44,827 bases of DNA from a virus. Lineage: Duplodnaviria > Caudoviricetes. The notes beneath the pieces were generated by a model. It ran no database searches. It had not been told where the DNA came from and saw nothing but the letters and a program-made list of their open reading frames with translations. The translations under genes and the position numbers were made by a program. Shown one piece after another: positions 8,112 through 16,401 of this stretch; the stretch's first letter is position 1; each line of letters opens with the position of its first letter. The stretch is from the IMG/VR virus record IMGVR_UViG_3300017747_002276, positions 1 through 44,827 of that record, one strand, 5' to 3'.

Positions 8112-8472
8112 TGCGCCTATAGTTCGCTTGCGGAGTTGTCAGCGCGAAGTGGCACGGGATCACAGCATAGGCCACCGCTTCCTGATTGAACTCTAGCGCC
8201 ATATTTTCAGCGATGTTTGCGGCCGTTACCAAAATACTGTCAGGGATCATTGGCATTTGAACCATGAAATATTCGCCATTTGACGCCACATGGGCGGCCG
8301 TGTCCCATGGTGCAAACACTGTCACCACAAACGAGACTTCGCAGGAACCTTTCCAGCCGCCCTCTGAGCGCTGGAGAGTATAACCGGCCGGCGCAAAACG
8401 TTGCATGAAGGTGTGCAACGTGTCCATTGTTGCACCAGCAACGTAAAATTCCATTTTGCCTTGACGTGTCAT
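8101..8472 (-). CDS. Putative SAM lyase (T3 SAMase / DUF3574-like fold)
   Basis: GYTLQRSEGGWKGSCEVSFVV ... IAENMALEFNQEAV resembles the G-x-aromatic...E-x-S/T...A...Q-[ED]-x-V pattern of phage SAM lyases. Start MTRQGK with GGAG RBS. Confidence 0.5.
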   Translation of the reverse strand: MTRQGKMEFYVAGATMDTLHTFMQRFAPAGYTLQRSEGGWKGSCEVSFVVTVFAPWDTAAHVASNGEYFMVQMPMIPDSILVTAANIAENMALEFNQEAVAYAVIPCHFALTTPQANYRRNGG

Positions 8473-8645
8473 GGCAGTGTGCTCCCATGTTCCAAAAGTG
8501 ATCTCAAGTGCCGCGCGCTTGCGGCCAAATGCGTTAGCGTGATCCAAGTCGCTGTGCCATTGCCAGCCGCTTTTGCGTCGCGTTCCAATTGGCGCGCGTA
8601 GCACTCCAGCGCCGCGGCAATAATTGCTTTAGTGTTTGCGTTCAT
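8469..8645 (-). CDS. Hypothetical helical protein
   Basis: MNANTKAII start with GGAGG RBS. ATGA-coupled to the downstream gene. Confidence 0.6.
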   Translation of the reverse strand: MNANTKAIIAAALECYARQLERDAKAAGNGTATWITLTHLAASARHLRSLLEHGSTLP

Positions 8646-8841
8646 CGGCCTTAGCCCTCCGATCATTGCGCGCACGCGTTGCGGCCTCCGCGGCGGCCTC
8701 GCGTTTTGCGACGTTGTGCGCCACCGTACGACGCCACGCGTAGTATTCAGGGGAATAGCGCGCGGGCGTTTTCTTTAGTCGGAAGTATGGCGAAAAATTG
8801 GCGCGCCTATCGCGCCGTTTTCTCGGCTTAGCACGTTTCAT
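8629..8841 (-). CDS. Small highly basic protein
   Basis: MKRAKPRKRRDRR start with GGAG RBS. Confidence 0.55.
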   Translation of the reverse strand: MKRAKPRKRRDRRANFSPYFRLKKTPARYSPEYYAWRRTVAHNVAKREAAAEAATRARNDRRAKADERKH

Positions 8842-8866
8842 GATTTGTCGATCTCCATTGCAGCAT

Positions 8867-8917
8867 GATTGCTGCGATGAGGGGACTAGCACGTCTAATC
8901 CCCTCTCCGCAACAATC
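8867..8917 (-). other. Long intergenic hairpin (RNase III-like site)
   Basis: Minus RNA GAUUGUUGCG-GA-GAGGGGAUUAG-acgug-CUAGUCCCCUC-AU-CGCAGCAAUC, about 22 bp, with G:U pairs that work on the minus strand. Confidence 0.7.
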
Positions 8918-8922
8918 TCGGC

Positions 8923-9102
8923 TTAGGCCGCCAATTGGTCACGCGTGACAGTGTCGGCTTGCGCTGTCGAGGCCGCGCGAAGCGCTGAAGCGTAGGCCTC
9001 GGCGGCCGTCGTATCGTTGCGCGCGATTGCGTCGGCCTTCAATTCGGCGAGTTTGCCAAGGGCGGTCGTATGCTTTGCAATTTGCTTTTTAGTCCATGCC
9101 AT
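8923..9102 (-). CDS. 59-aa hypothetical protein (not in ORF track)
   Basis: MAWTKKQIAKHTTALGKLAELKADAIARNDTTAAEAYASALRAASTAQADTVTRDQLAA, RBS AAAAGGGGAC. Confidence 0.7.
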   Translation of the reverse strand: MAWTKKQIAKHTTALGKLAELKADAIARNDTTAAEAYASALRAASTAQADTVTRDQLAA

Positions 9103-9150
9103 GGTGCAGTCCCCTTTTTATTGCGCGATAGCGTCGCGCGGCGCAGTCGG

Positions 9151-9208
9151 CCTCTGCCTTCTATTCTCCAGCGCCATGGTGGAAGCGCTGGAGAGAACAA
9201 AGCACAGG
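9151..9208 (-). other. Long intergenic hairpin with internal loop (RNase III-like site)
   Basis: UCUCCAGCGC/GCGCUGGAGA upper stem, internal loop, lower stem CCU-UGCUUU/AAGGCA-AGG. Confidence 0.65.
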
Positions 9209-9216
9209 AGGGGAAA

Positions 9217-9516
9217 TTACCGCGCTTTGTTGTAGGCCTTCAGCATGGCGTTAAGCTCGGCTTTGATCCGCTTGGCCTCTGGACCACGCCAACCCGTCGC
9301 ATTGGAAAGGAAGTAGGCGACAACGGAATAGGCGCTATCCTCGCCATACGCGTCGCGCAAAGTGTTGAGACTGCGCATTGCTGACAAATATGGCCGCGCG
9401 GCATAGTTGACGGTCGGCCAATGTTGCGCGATCTCGCGTGCAATAACATGAAGCGGCCGCACAATTCCCGCTAGGCCTGTGTCCTGCGTTTGCAGGTGTC
9501 GAGGTAATAGGCTCAT
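9217..9516 (-). CDS. Hypothetical phage early protein
   Basis: RBS AAGGAG. Folded-looking sequence RPL..IA.EI...W....Y.ARPYL.AM..L...YFLSNA..WRG..A.RIK.EL. Confidence 0.75.
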   Translation of the reverse strand: MSLLPRHLQTQDTGLAGIVRPLHVIAREIAQHWPTVNYAARPYLSAMRSLNTLRDAYGEDSAYSVVAYFLSNATGWRGPEAKRIKAELNAMLKAYNKAR

Positions 9517-9676
9517 TTTGTGTCACTCCTTTGGATTGCAGGGAACAAAGAGCACGAGTTGTGCCAATGCAAATCATTGCTCGGCTGGGCGTAAAGTGCC
9601 AAGGCTTAGCATTGCGCAGGCAATAGCCGCAGGTGAAGCTTGCGTCACAGCGGCATTCTACGCTTCTTGCCGGCAT

Positions 9677-10012
9677 CTAGTAGCCCATCGCTTCGGCGGA
9701 ATAGTCGCGCTGTGAGGATTTCACCTTTCGCCAGTCTGGCATATAGGCTGGAGCGCCGTCCACACTGCGCACGCGCAAGTTTGTTTCATGTGCCACAACG
9801 GCGGAATAGGTGGTCATGCGGCCGTCGCAGTCTCGGCCATCTGTTTCACAGGTGCTTAGCACAGCGTCGCCATCGTGCGACCACGTCGTGCGCTCTGAGC
9901 TGTAACCCTCATCTGTCACCTGAGCGCAATAATGCTCTAAGGTGTCCCCAGGTCGCAGGGAAATTTTCACATAGTCGCCGTTGACATAATCCCAAAAGCG
10001 GAGCGTTTTCAT
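9677..10012 (-). CDS. Hypothetical phage protein
   Basis: Start MKTLRFW with GAGGG RBS. TDEG and RDCDGR motifs. Confidence 0.7.
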   Translation of the reverse strand: MKTLRFWDYVNGDYVKISLRPGDTLEHYCAQVTDEGYSSERTTWSHDGDAVLSTCETDGRDCDGRMTTYSAVVAHETNLRVRSVDGAPAYMPDWRKVKSSQRDYSAEAMGY

Positions 10013-10136
10013 TGTGTCCCTCAATAAAAAACGTTGTGATTGATTACGAGTGAACGTGTCACAATGGCCCATCGCGAAAGCGAATAGAACCATAGGCCGC
10101 GGCGATAGCAGTGGCCTCCTGGAACGTAGCGCAATA

Positions 10137-10352
10137 TCATTGCGCGCTGTCCCCAACTCGACGGCGGCCGAACGTGACCGTTTGTTGCGCTGTCGAGGCC
10201 GCGCGCTTGTCATCGCTCTTAAGGTGGGGAATAGCTTTCATGCTGTCCCATTGCGCGCGTGACATTGTGCGTCCATTGGAGAGCGTGACGCTATCAGATT
10301 GCGCGCTGAGCGCTGCGAAGGCCTTCGCATTATACGATATTGTGGAAGTCAT
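10137..10352 (-). CDS. Hypothetical protein, first gene of the early operon
   Basis: RBS AAAAGGGGAC. Shares RAASTAQ..TVT with the 8923-9102 protein. Confidence 0.65.
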   Translation of the reverse strand: MTSTISYNAKAFAALSAQSDSVTLSNGRTMSRAQWDSMKAIPHLKSDDKRAASTAQQTVTFGRRRVGDSAQ

Positions 10353-10372
10353 GGCATTGTCCCCTTTTGTTA

Positions 10373-10418
10373 GCTTTCCAACGTTCCTGTTATTAGCGCA
10401 TGGAACGTTTGCGATAGC
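10373..10418 (-). other. Leader hairpin upstream of the first early gene
   Basis: AACGTTCC/GGAACGTT core stem with flanking pairs, adjacent to further hairpins CCCT-TCG-AGGG and ACGCT-AAA-AGCGT. Confidence 0.5.
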
Positions 10419-10457
10419 CCTCCCTTCGAGGGTCGGGCGTACGCTAAAAGCGTCCTA

Positions 10458-10486
10458 CGCTTAGCATGGAACTTTGGCCTAGTCTA
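10458..10486 (-). promoter_or_regulatory. Candidate early promoter
   Basis: Minus strand TAGACT-N17-TAAGCG, with TGC immediately before the -10. Confidence 0.35.
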
Positions 10487-10722
10487 GAGTAGTGAGCGTT
10501 AATAAATATCACAGGTGCGTGAAGTAATAATGTTGCGCGAACGTGTCGATGTTGCGCACAGGTCGTGCTCCTCGTGTCGATTATCGGGCCAAGTGTGAAC
10601 GTGTGCGCAGTGCGAACATGCGTAACAATATTTCTCCAGCGTTTGCTGTGTACAATGCGATAATACATGGTGCGCGCTGTGGAAATATTGTTGCGCGAGT
10701 GTTGACACTGACAACATAGACC

Positions 10723-10744
10723 GGGGGTGGGGGTGGGGGTAGGG
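10723..10744 (+). repeat. G-tract array (GGGGGT)3AGGG, G-quadruplex-capable
   Basis: GGGGGTGGGGGTGGGGGTAGGG, at the divergence point between the early and terminase operons. Confidence 0.85.
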
Positions 10745-10844
10745 CCACCGAGCGGGTCTGCATGGTAGAATGCGGCCAAACGGGTGCTTTCGCGTCGCCG
10801 CCGGAAACAGCCTTAACCATAATTCTCCGGGGTTTCCGCTGTGT

Positions 10845-10874
10845 TTGACAGAATAGACCCGGACAGTGTATCCT
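10845..10874 (+). promoter_or_regulatory. Sigma70-like promoter for the packaging operon
   Basis: TTGACA-N18-TATCCT, with TTAACCAT at 10813-10820 upstream. Confidence 0.55.
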
Positions 10875-10901
10875 CCACTGGCGTAACTGGAGCCTCAGCC
10901 G

Positions 10902-11492
10902 ATGACCGTAAACCTCCCCGCCATCGTCATTGACCCCGACAGCCTGGGGCCTGCGATGCTGGAATTGACCGAGAAGCAACAAAAGTTCGTCGTGGCGCTC
11001 CTGGAGACCGGGGGCACCAACGAAGCGGGAGCCGCGCAGATCGCCGGCTACGGGACCGGCTACGCCACGCGGTCGTACGAGCTGGCGCGGAACCCGAAAG
11101 TGTTGGCCGCCCTTCGTGAGGAGGCGGACAAGCGCATTCGCTCGGGCGCACTTCTCGCGGCGTCGAAGCTTCTGGTGATCGCGCGCAACGACACGCACAA
11201 GGATCAGCTCAAGGCAATCGATATGCTGCTGAACCGCGCGGGCATGATCGTGCAGACGCAGCACAAGGTCACCGTCGAAGACAACCGCACTCCTGAAGAA
11301 GTGGTAGCGCGGACGGCTGCACTCGCGAAAGCACTTGGCCTCGATCCGTCGAAGGTGCTGGCGTCGGTCGGGATCGACTACGTGGATGCAGAGTTCCGCG
11401 AAGTGCCGAAGGTCATGTTGGAAACTCCGCAGGAAACGCGGACGAGCGAACATGATGCATTCTCCTGGGACGAGGAAGACGCCGATGAGTGA
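10902..11492 (+). CDS. terS: Terminase small subunit
   Basis: LTEKQQKFV..L....AAQIAGY...L.RNPKV HTH typical of TerS. Directly upstream of and overlapping TerL. Confidence 0.88.
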   Translation: MTVNLPAIVIDPDSLGPAMLELTEKQQKFVVALLETGGTNEAGAAQIAGYGTGYATRSYELARNPKVLAALREEADKRIRSGALLAASKLLVIARNDTHKDQLKAIDMLLNRAGMIVQTQHKVTVEDNRTPEEVVARTAALAKALGLDPSKVLASVGIDYVDAEFREVPKVMLETPQETRTSEHDAFSWDEEDADE

Positions 11493-12957
11493 TGTGAACA
11501 AACTCAAACTGCTGGAGGCCGATCTCCAGAAGCTGATGGACGCGAAGCTTCAGGCCGCGCTCACGCTCTATGTGCCCTACGCGAAGCAAAGCGACTTCCA
11601 CGCGATGGGGGCCGACAAGTCCGAGCGCCTGTTCATGGCGGGCAACCAGCTCGGCAAAACGCTCTCGGGTGCAATGGAGATGGCGTATCATCTCACCGGG
11701 CGCTATCCGAAGTGGTGGACCGGGCGTCGGTGGTCGCGGCCGATCAAGGCATGGGCGTCGGCCAACACCGGGCAACAGGTTCGCGACGGCGTTCAGAAGT
11801 ACCTCATGGGCGAAGCCGGCGTCGTAGAGAAGTTCGGCACTGGGGCTATCCCGAAAAAAGATATCAAGGACACTTCGACTGCACGAGGCGTCGCCGATCT
11901 CTACGACACGGTGCAGGTCCAGCATTACAACTCGGACGGCGTCAAGGACGGCATCTCGGTTCTGCGCTTCAAGACGTACGATCAGGGACGGCTCAAGTGG
12001 CAGTCCGAGACGCTGGACCTCGTGTGGTTCGATGAGGAGCCGCCCGAAGATATCTACAGCGAGGGCATCACGCGTACCGTGTCGAACAAAGGCATGACGT
12101 ACCTGACGTTCACTCCGCTCCTCGGCATGTCGAACGTCGTCAAACAATTCGGCGCACTGATGGAGCCGCATCGCGGCAAAGTCACAATGACGATCTACGA
12201 CGCCGGGCACTATACGCCAGAGGAGCGCGCAGCCACCATCGCGAAGTATCCCGCGCACGAACGCGAGGCTCGCGCGAAGGGCGTCCCCTTCCTCGGCTCC
12301 GGTCGCATCTTCGTGACGCCCGAGGAGACCATCAGCATCCCGGCGATCTCTCCGCTGCCGCGGCATTGGGTGTACATATGGGGCTTCGACTTCGGTGTCA
12401 GCCATCCGTTCGCTGCGGTACTGATCGGCTGGGACCGCGACGCCGACTGCATCTACGTCGTGCGCACCGTGCGCATGAAGGCGCTGCATGGGCAAACGAT
12501 CACTCCGCTGCAACACGCCGAGGCGGTCAAGGCCGCATACTTCGGGCGCGGCGGCGAAATTCCCGTAGCTTGGCCGCAGGACGGAACGCAGAAGGAGATC
12601 GACAGCAAGGGTAAATCGGTCGCGGATATCTACAAGAAGCACGACCTGAAGATGCTGCCCGAGCACGCGACGTGGCCTGACGGCGGCCTATCGACCGAGG
12701 CGGCGATCCTGGAGCTGGACGAGCGGATGACCACCAACCGCTTCAAGGTGTTTTCTCATTTGACGGAATGGTTTGAGGAGTATCGGCAGTACCACCGGGA
12801 CGAGGGCCAAATCGTCAAGGTCGATGACGACTTGCAATCCGCCACGCAGAAGGCTATCATGATGAAGCGCAAGGCCGCCCTGCTCCCGGATCACGATCCG
12901 CGGGGCCGCAAGGTGGCAGTGAAAATGGCGAGCGACGTTGACTTTGCGGTGACCTGA
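11485..12957 (+). CDS. terL: Terminase large subunit
   Basis: Walker A MAGNQLGKT, Walker B VWFDEE, LTFTP, nuclease GFDFG.SHP and DDD. Start MSDVNK with GAGG RBS. Confidence 0.96.
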   Translation: MSDVNKLKLLEADLQKLMDAKLQAALTLYVPYAKQSDFHAMGADKSERLFMAGNQLGKTLSGAMEMAYHLTGRYPKWWTGRRWSRPIKAWASANTGQQVRDGVQKYLMGEAGVVEKFGTGAIPKKDIKDTSTARGVADLYDTVQVQHYNSDGVKDGISVLRFKTYDQGRLKWQSETLDLVWFDEEPPEDIYSEGITRTVSNKGMTYLTFTPLLGMSNVVKQFGALMEPHRGKVTMTIYDAGHYTPEERAATIAKYPAHEREARAKGVPFLGSGRIFVTPEETISIPAISPLPRHWVYIWGFDFGVSHPFAAVLIGWDRDADCIYVVRTVRMKALHGQTITPLQHAEAVKAAYFGRGGEIPVAWPQDGTQKEIDSKGKSVADIYKKHDLKMLPEHATWPDGGLSTEAAILELDERMTTNRFKVFSHLTEWFEEYRQYHRDEGQIVKVDDDLQSATQKAIMMKRKAALLPDHDPRGRKVAVKMASDVDFAVT

Positions 12958-12958
12958 G

Positions 12959-13309
12959 ATGCCTTCGCTGAACCAGATCAAACTTCCCGGCGTCATGGGT
13001 GCAATGCTCAGCATGGCGTTGCAGAAGAAGGTGCCGACCGCAATGGGCGGAACGGTGCCGGCGCTCGGCAAAACTGACGCCGATGGGCGCGTGTCTGCGG
13101 ACACGTACTACGGCACCGGCCAAGGCTCCACGCTCTCGAAGGAAGCCCGCGACGCAATGAACCCGGCCAATAAGCCCCAGCTCAATCGCACGGGTGGCAA
13201 CCTCGGCCTCTCCAGCTCGATCATCAACAAGAAACAGCAGCTCAACTCAATGTCGCTTGCATCGTCCGCCACTGGCGCACTGCGCGGCTTATCGGGAGGC
13301 CTAATCTAA
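12959..13309 (+). CDS. Hypothetical protein
   Basis: Coupled between terL and the next gene. Low-complexity G/S/N. Confidence 0.65.
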   Translation: MPSLNQIKLPGVMGAMLSMALQKKVPTAMGGTVPALGKTDADGRVSADTYYGTGQGSTLSKEARDAMNPANKPQLNRTGGNLGLSSSIINKKQQLNSMSLASSATGALRGLSGGLI

Positions 13310-13545
13310 TGGCAAACATCAAGGCAGTCGGCGACCTCATGAAGCGCAAGAAGTCCGATGAGGACAAGCGCATGGAGGCGTGGGAGCGCAATCAGAAGCG
13401 CGTGCAGACGGAGCAGAGGTCTGGTCCCAAGGGATCGGGCGGCGGCAAAGGCACAATGGAAATGCTGTCCACCATGTTCCGCATGGGCTCCGGTCGCCTC
13501 GGCAAAAACCGCAGCGACGAAGACAAGAAGCTGAATAGGAAATAA
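13309..13545 (+). CDS. Small basic hypothetical protein
   Basis: GGAGG RBS, TAATG coupling. KSDEDK/RSDEDK repeated. Confidence 0.65.
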   Translation: MANIKAVGDLMKRKKSDEDKRMEAWERNQKRVQTEQRSGPKGSGGGKGTMEMLSTMFRMGSGRLGKNRSDEDKKLNRK

Positions 13546-13549
13546 CACC

Positions 13550-15208
13550 ATGGCGTACGAAGACGAACTTGGCGCAAGCATTTGCCGCGACGCCGAGCAG
13601 ATGATCGCGGAGAAATCAACTCTCGCCAGTCACTGCGATGAAGTCGCGCGCCTCGTGCTGCCGACGTTTCGCAACACCTTTTTTCCGTACGGCGAAAACA
13701 CCATCGGCGAAAAGAAGACCGACGACCAGATCGACAGCACGAGCGAGCTTGCGCTGTCGCGGTTCTCTGCGATCATCGATAGCCTGCTGACGCCGCGCAA
13801 CAGCTTCTGGCATTCGCTCGAAGCGTCGAACCCCGATCTCCAGAAGATACGCGCCGTGCGCCTGTGGTTTGAGGACACGACGCGCCGGCTGTTCCGGCTG
13901 CGCTATGCGCCCACCGCGAACTTCGCGTCGCAGAACCACATGACGTTCATGCAGCTCGGCGCATGGGGCAATGGTCCAATGTTCGTGGACAAGAATAGCG
14001 GCATCGACGGCACAGTCGGCTTCCGCTACCGCGCGTTGCCCTTCGGCGAAATCTACCTAAAGGAAAATCACCAGGGCGTCGTGGACACCTTCATCCGCAT
14101 GTTCCAGATGACGGCGAAGCAAGCCGTGGACCAGTGGGGCACCACCGGGCGTCTGCCCGAGGCGATTGTCTCCAAGAACAAGGCCGGCACCGACCAGACG
14201 AAGTTCTGGTTCATCCACAAGGTTTGCCCGCGCCACCACGACTATGATCCGCGGCGCATGGACATGAAGGGGAAGAAGTACGCGTCCTACTACGTGTCGA
14301 AGGAAGGGAAGAAGCTGATACACGAAGGCGGCTACAACAGCTTCCCACTGCCGACTGCGCGCGGCGATCAGGCCCCCGGTGAACCGTACGGCCGCGGTCC
14401 CGCTATGCAGGTGCTGCCGGCGATCAAGACACTCAATGCGCAGAAGCGCATTGTCCTGAAGCAAGGTCACCGCACGGTCGATCCCGTGCTACTCACGCAC
14501 GACGACGGCATCGCCAGCTTCTCGATGAAGCCCGGCGCATTGAACATCGGCGGCGTCAACAGCGATGGTCGCCCGCTCGTGCAGCCGCTCCCCATCGGCA
14601 ACGTCATGATCGGCAAAGAGCTGATGGACGACGAGCGCGCCGTGATCAATGACGCGTTCCTCGTGAACCTGTTCCAGGTGCTGCTCAACGATCCGAAGGT
14701 GCTTACCGCCACGCAGGTTGTCGAGATGGCGAACCAGAAGGGCATTCTGCTTGCGCCGACCGTGGGACGCCAGCAATCCGACTACGTTGGCCCCCTGATC
14801 GAGCGCGAGCTGGACCTCGGCCTTGAGCTGGGGCTCTTTGCCCCGATGCCACAGGAGCTGATCGAGGCCAAAGGCGACTATCAGATCGTGTACACGTCGC
14901 CGATGGCGCGCGTCGCGAAGGCCGAGGAGAACGCCGGCTTCGTGCGGTCGGTCGAGACGACGTTGCAGATCGTCAACGTCACGCAGGACCCGAGCCACTT
15001 GGACCGCTTCAACTTCGATCTTGCGCTGCCCGAGATGGCTATCAACAATGGTACGCCCGAGCGCTGGATGAATGGTGACGACGCGGTGGCGCAAAAGAGG
15101 CAAGAGCGCGCAGCCCGCGCTCAGGCCGAGTTGGATATTCAAGCTGGACCAGCGGCTGCGGCCATGGTAAAAGCTCAAGCCGCTGCAAAGGGCGGCAAAG
15201 CGAAGTAA
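13550..15208 (+). CDS. Portal (T7 gp8/Bbp21-like head-tail connector)
   Basis: 552 aa. GEPYGRGP..LP.IK.LN, PGALN, TATQV..., PLIER motifs and position. Confidence 0.95.
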   Translation: MAYEDELGASICRDAEQMIAEKSTLASHCDEVARLVLPTFRNTFFPYGENTIGEKKTDDQIDSTSELALSRFSAIIDSLLTPRNSFWHSLEASNPDLQKIRAVRLWFEDTTRRLFRLRYAPTANFASQNHMTFMQLGAWGNGPMFVDKNSGIDGTVGFRYRALPFGEIYLKENHQGVVDTFIRMFQMTAKQAVDQWGTTGRLPEAIVSKNKAGTDQTKFWFIHKVCPRHHDYDPRRMDMKGKKYASYYVSKEGKKLIHEGGYNSFPLPTARGDQAPGEPYGRGPAMQVLPAIKTLNAQKRIVLKQGHRTVDPVLLTHDDGIASFSMKPGALNIGGVNSDGRPLVQPLPIGNVMIGKELMDDERAVINDAFLVNLFQVLLNDPKVLTATQVVEMANQKGILLAPTVGRQQSDYVGPLIERELDLGLELGLFAPMPQELIEAKGDYQIVYTSPMARVAKAEENAGFVRSVETTLQIVNVTQDPSHLDRFNFDLALPEMAINNGTPERWMNGDDAVAQKRQERAARAQAELDIQAGPAAAAMVKAQAAAKGGKAK

Positions 15209-15223
15209 CCTGGAGGTTGCCCT

Positions 15224-15502
15224 GTGAACATTCGTGAGGAACTTCGCGCAGCGTTCAGCTACCTTAGCGGACGCCGCGTCGCCTACATCAACACGTTCGC
15301 TGGTCCCATGGCGAAGAAGTATGTGCTTGCGGACCTAGCGCGCTTCTGTCGCGCCAACCAAACGTGCTTCGATCCTGATCCCCGTATTCACGGCGTTATG
15401 GAAGGTCGCCGCGAAGTGTGGCTGCGCATACAGTCGCATCTCAACCTTTCGGACGAGGAACTGTGGAAACTCACAAACCCCTCAAGACCACTAGGAGAAT
15501 GA
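15224..15502 (+). CDS. Bbp19-like small protein
   Basis: GTG start with GGAGG. VLADL.RFC....F......EGRREVWLRI pattern found after podoviral portals. Confidence 0.8.
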   Translation: MNIREELRAAFSYLSGRRVAYINTFAGPMAKKYVLADLARFCRANQTCFDPDPRIHGVMEGRREVWLRIQSHLNLSDEELWKLTNPSRPLGE

Positions 15503-15503
15503 C

Positions 15504-16349
15504 ATGACCACTGAAAACACCCCGGCCCCGGACGCTGGTGCAGCCGCCGCAGCAGCCGCAGCCGCAGCGGCTGCCCCTGCATCGTGGTTCGCTGGACTGG
15601 ACGCCGACACGACCGGATACGTGACCAACCGTGGCCTCGATAAGGGCGACGCGAAAGCTGCTGCGCTCGCGGCGATCAAATCGCATCGCGAAGCGGAGAA
15701 GCTACTCGGCGCAGGCGTCGAGAACCTTGTGCGCGTTCCGAAGGATGTGAACGACGTTGCCACGCGCGATGCGCTGTGGAACAAGATTGGTCGTCCTGCT
15801 GACGCTGCGGGTTACGACTACACAGGCGTCGAAGGCGTCGATGCTGACTTCGTGAAGTTCATCAACCCGATCTTCCACGCGAACGGCGTCACTGCTGCCG
15901 GCGCAAAGGCGATCCTCGGAGAAATCACCAAGGCCGCTGCTGCGCAACAGACGGAAGCGGCGAAGGCGCGCGAAGTCGAACTCGCCGTCGAGAAAGATGC
16001 GCTGCTCAAAGATTGGGGCGGCGCTGCGAATGCGAACCTCGTTGTGGCTGCGAACGCTGCGAAGAAGCTCAACATCAGCGAGGAGCAACTTGCGGCAATC
16101 GAGGCGCAGATCGGGTTCGGGAAAACAATGTCGATGTTCCTGAACCTCGGCCAAAAGATCGGCGAAGACCCCTTCGTCAATCCGAATGCTGGCGGCGGTG
16201 GACCGGCGCGCATCACGAGCCGCGAAGGTGCCATCTCGCGCAAGGCCGAATTGATGGCTGATAGCCAATGGACGAAAGACTACTTGGCCGGAAAGACCGA
16301 AAACCTCAAGGAAATGACGGCCTTGAATAGCCTCATTTCCGGCGACTAA
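15504..16349 (+). CDS. Capsid scaffolding protein
   Basis: Ala-rich N-terminus, GRPAD...Y, L.KDWG and G.KIGED motifs. Between portal and capsid. Confidence 0.85.
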   Translation: MTTENTPAPDAGAAAAAAAAAAAAPASWFAGLDADTTGYVTNRGLDKGDAKAAALAAIKSHREAEKLLGAGVENLVRVPKDVNDVATRDALWNKIGRPADAAGYDYTGVEGVDADFVKFINPIFHANGVTAAGAKAILGEITKAAAAQQTEAAKAREVELAVEKDALLKDWGGAANANLVVAANAAKKLNISEEQLAAIEAQIGFGKTMSMFLNLGQKIGEDPFVNPNAGGGGPARITSREGAISRKAELMADSQWTKDYLAGKTENLKEMTALNSLISGD

Positions 16350-16350
16350 A

Positions 16351-16395
16351 ATAATTTCAACACCGCTTGACGTGTTGAAATTATGTTGCTAGGGT
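16351..16395 (+). promoter_or_regulatory. Capsid promoter overlapped by a perfect 13-bp inverted repeat
   Basis: ATAATTTCAACAC(16351-16363)-8nt-GTGTTGAAATTAT(16372-16384). TTGACG(16367-16372)-N17-TAGGGT. Confidence 0.7.
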
Positions 16396-16401
16396 TGGCG
16401 A

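Noticed and set aside
9335-9676. Cys-rich ORF MPARSVECRCDASFTCGYC
   Set aside because: The start abuts the upstream stop and looks like a Zn finger, but it has no RBS and overlaps the better-supported 9217-9516 gene by about 180 nt. Left uncalled.
10702-10730. TTGACA at 10702 as a promoter
   Set aside because: No plausible -10 at 16-18 bp spacing. It runs into the G-tract.
15540-15575. GCAGCC tandem repeats
   Set aside because: They encode the poly-Ala N-terminus of the scaffold protein.
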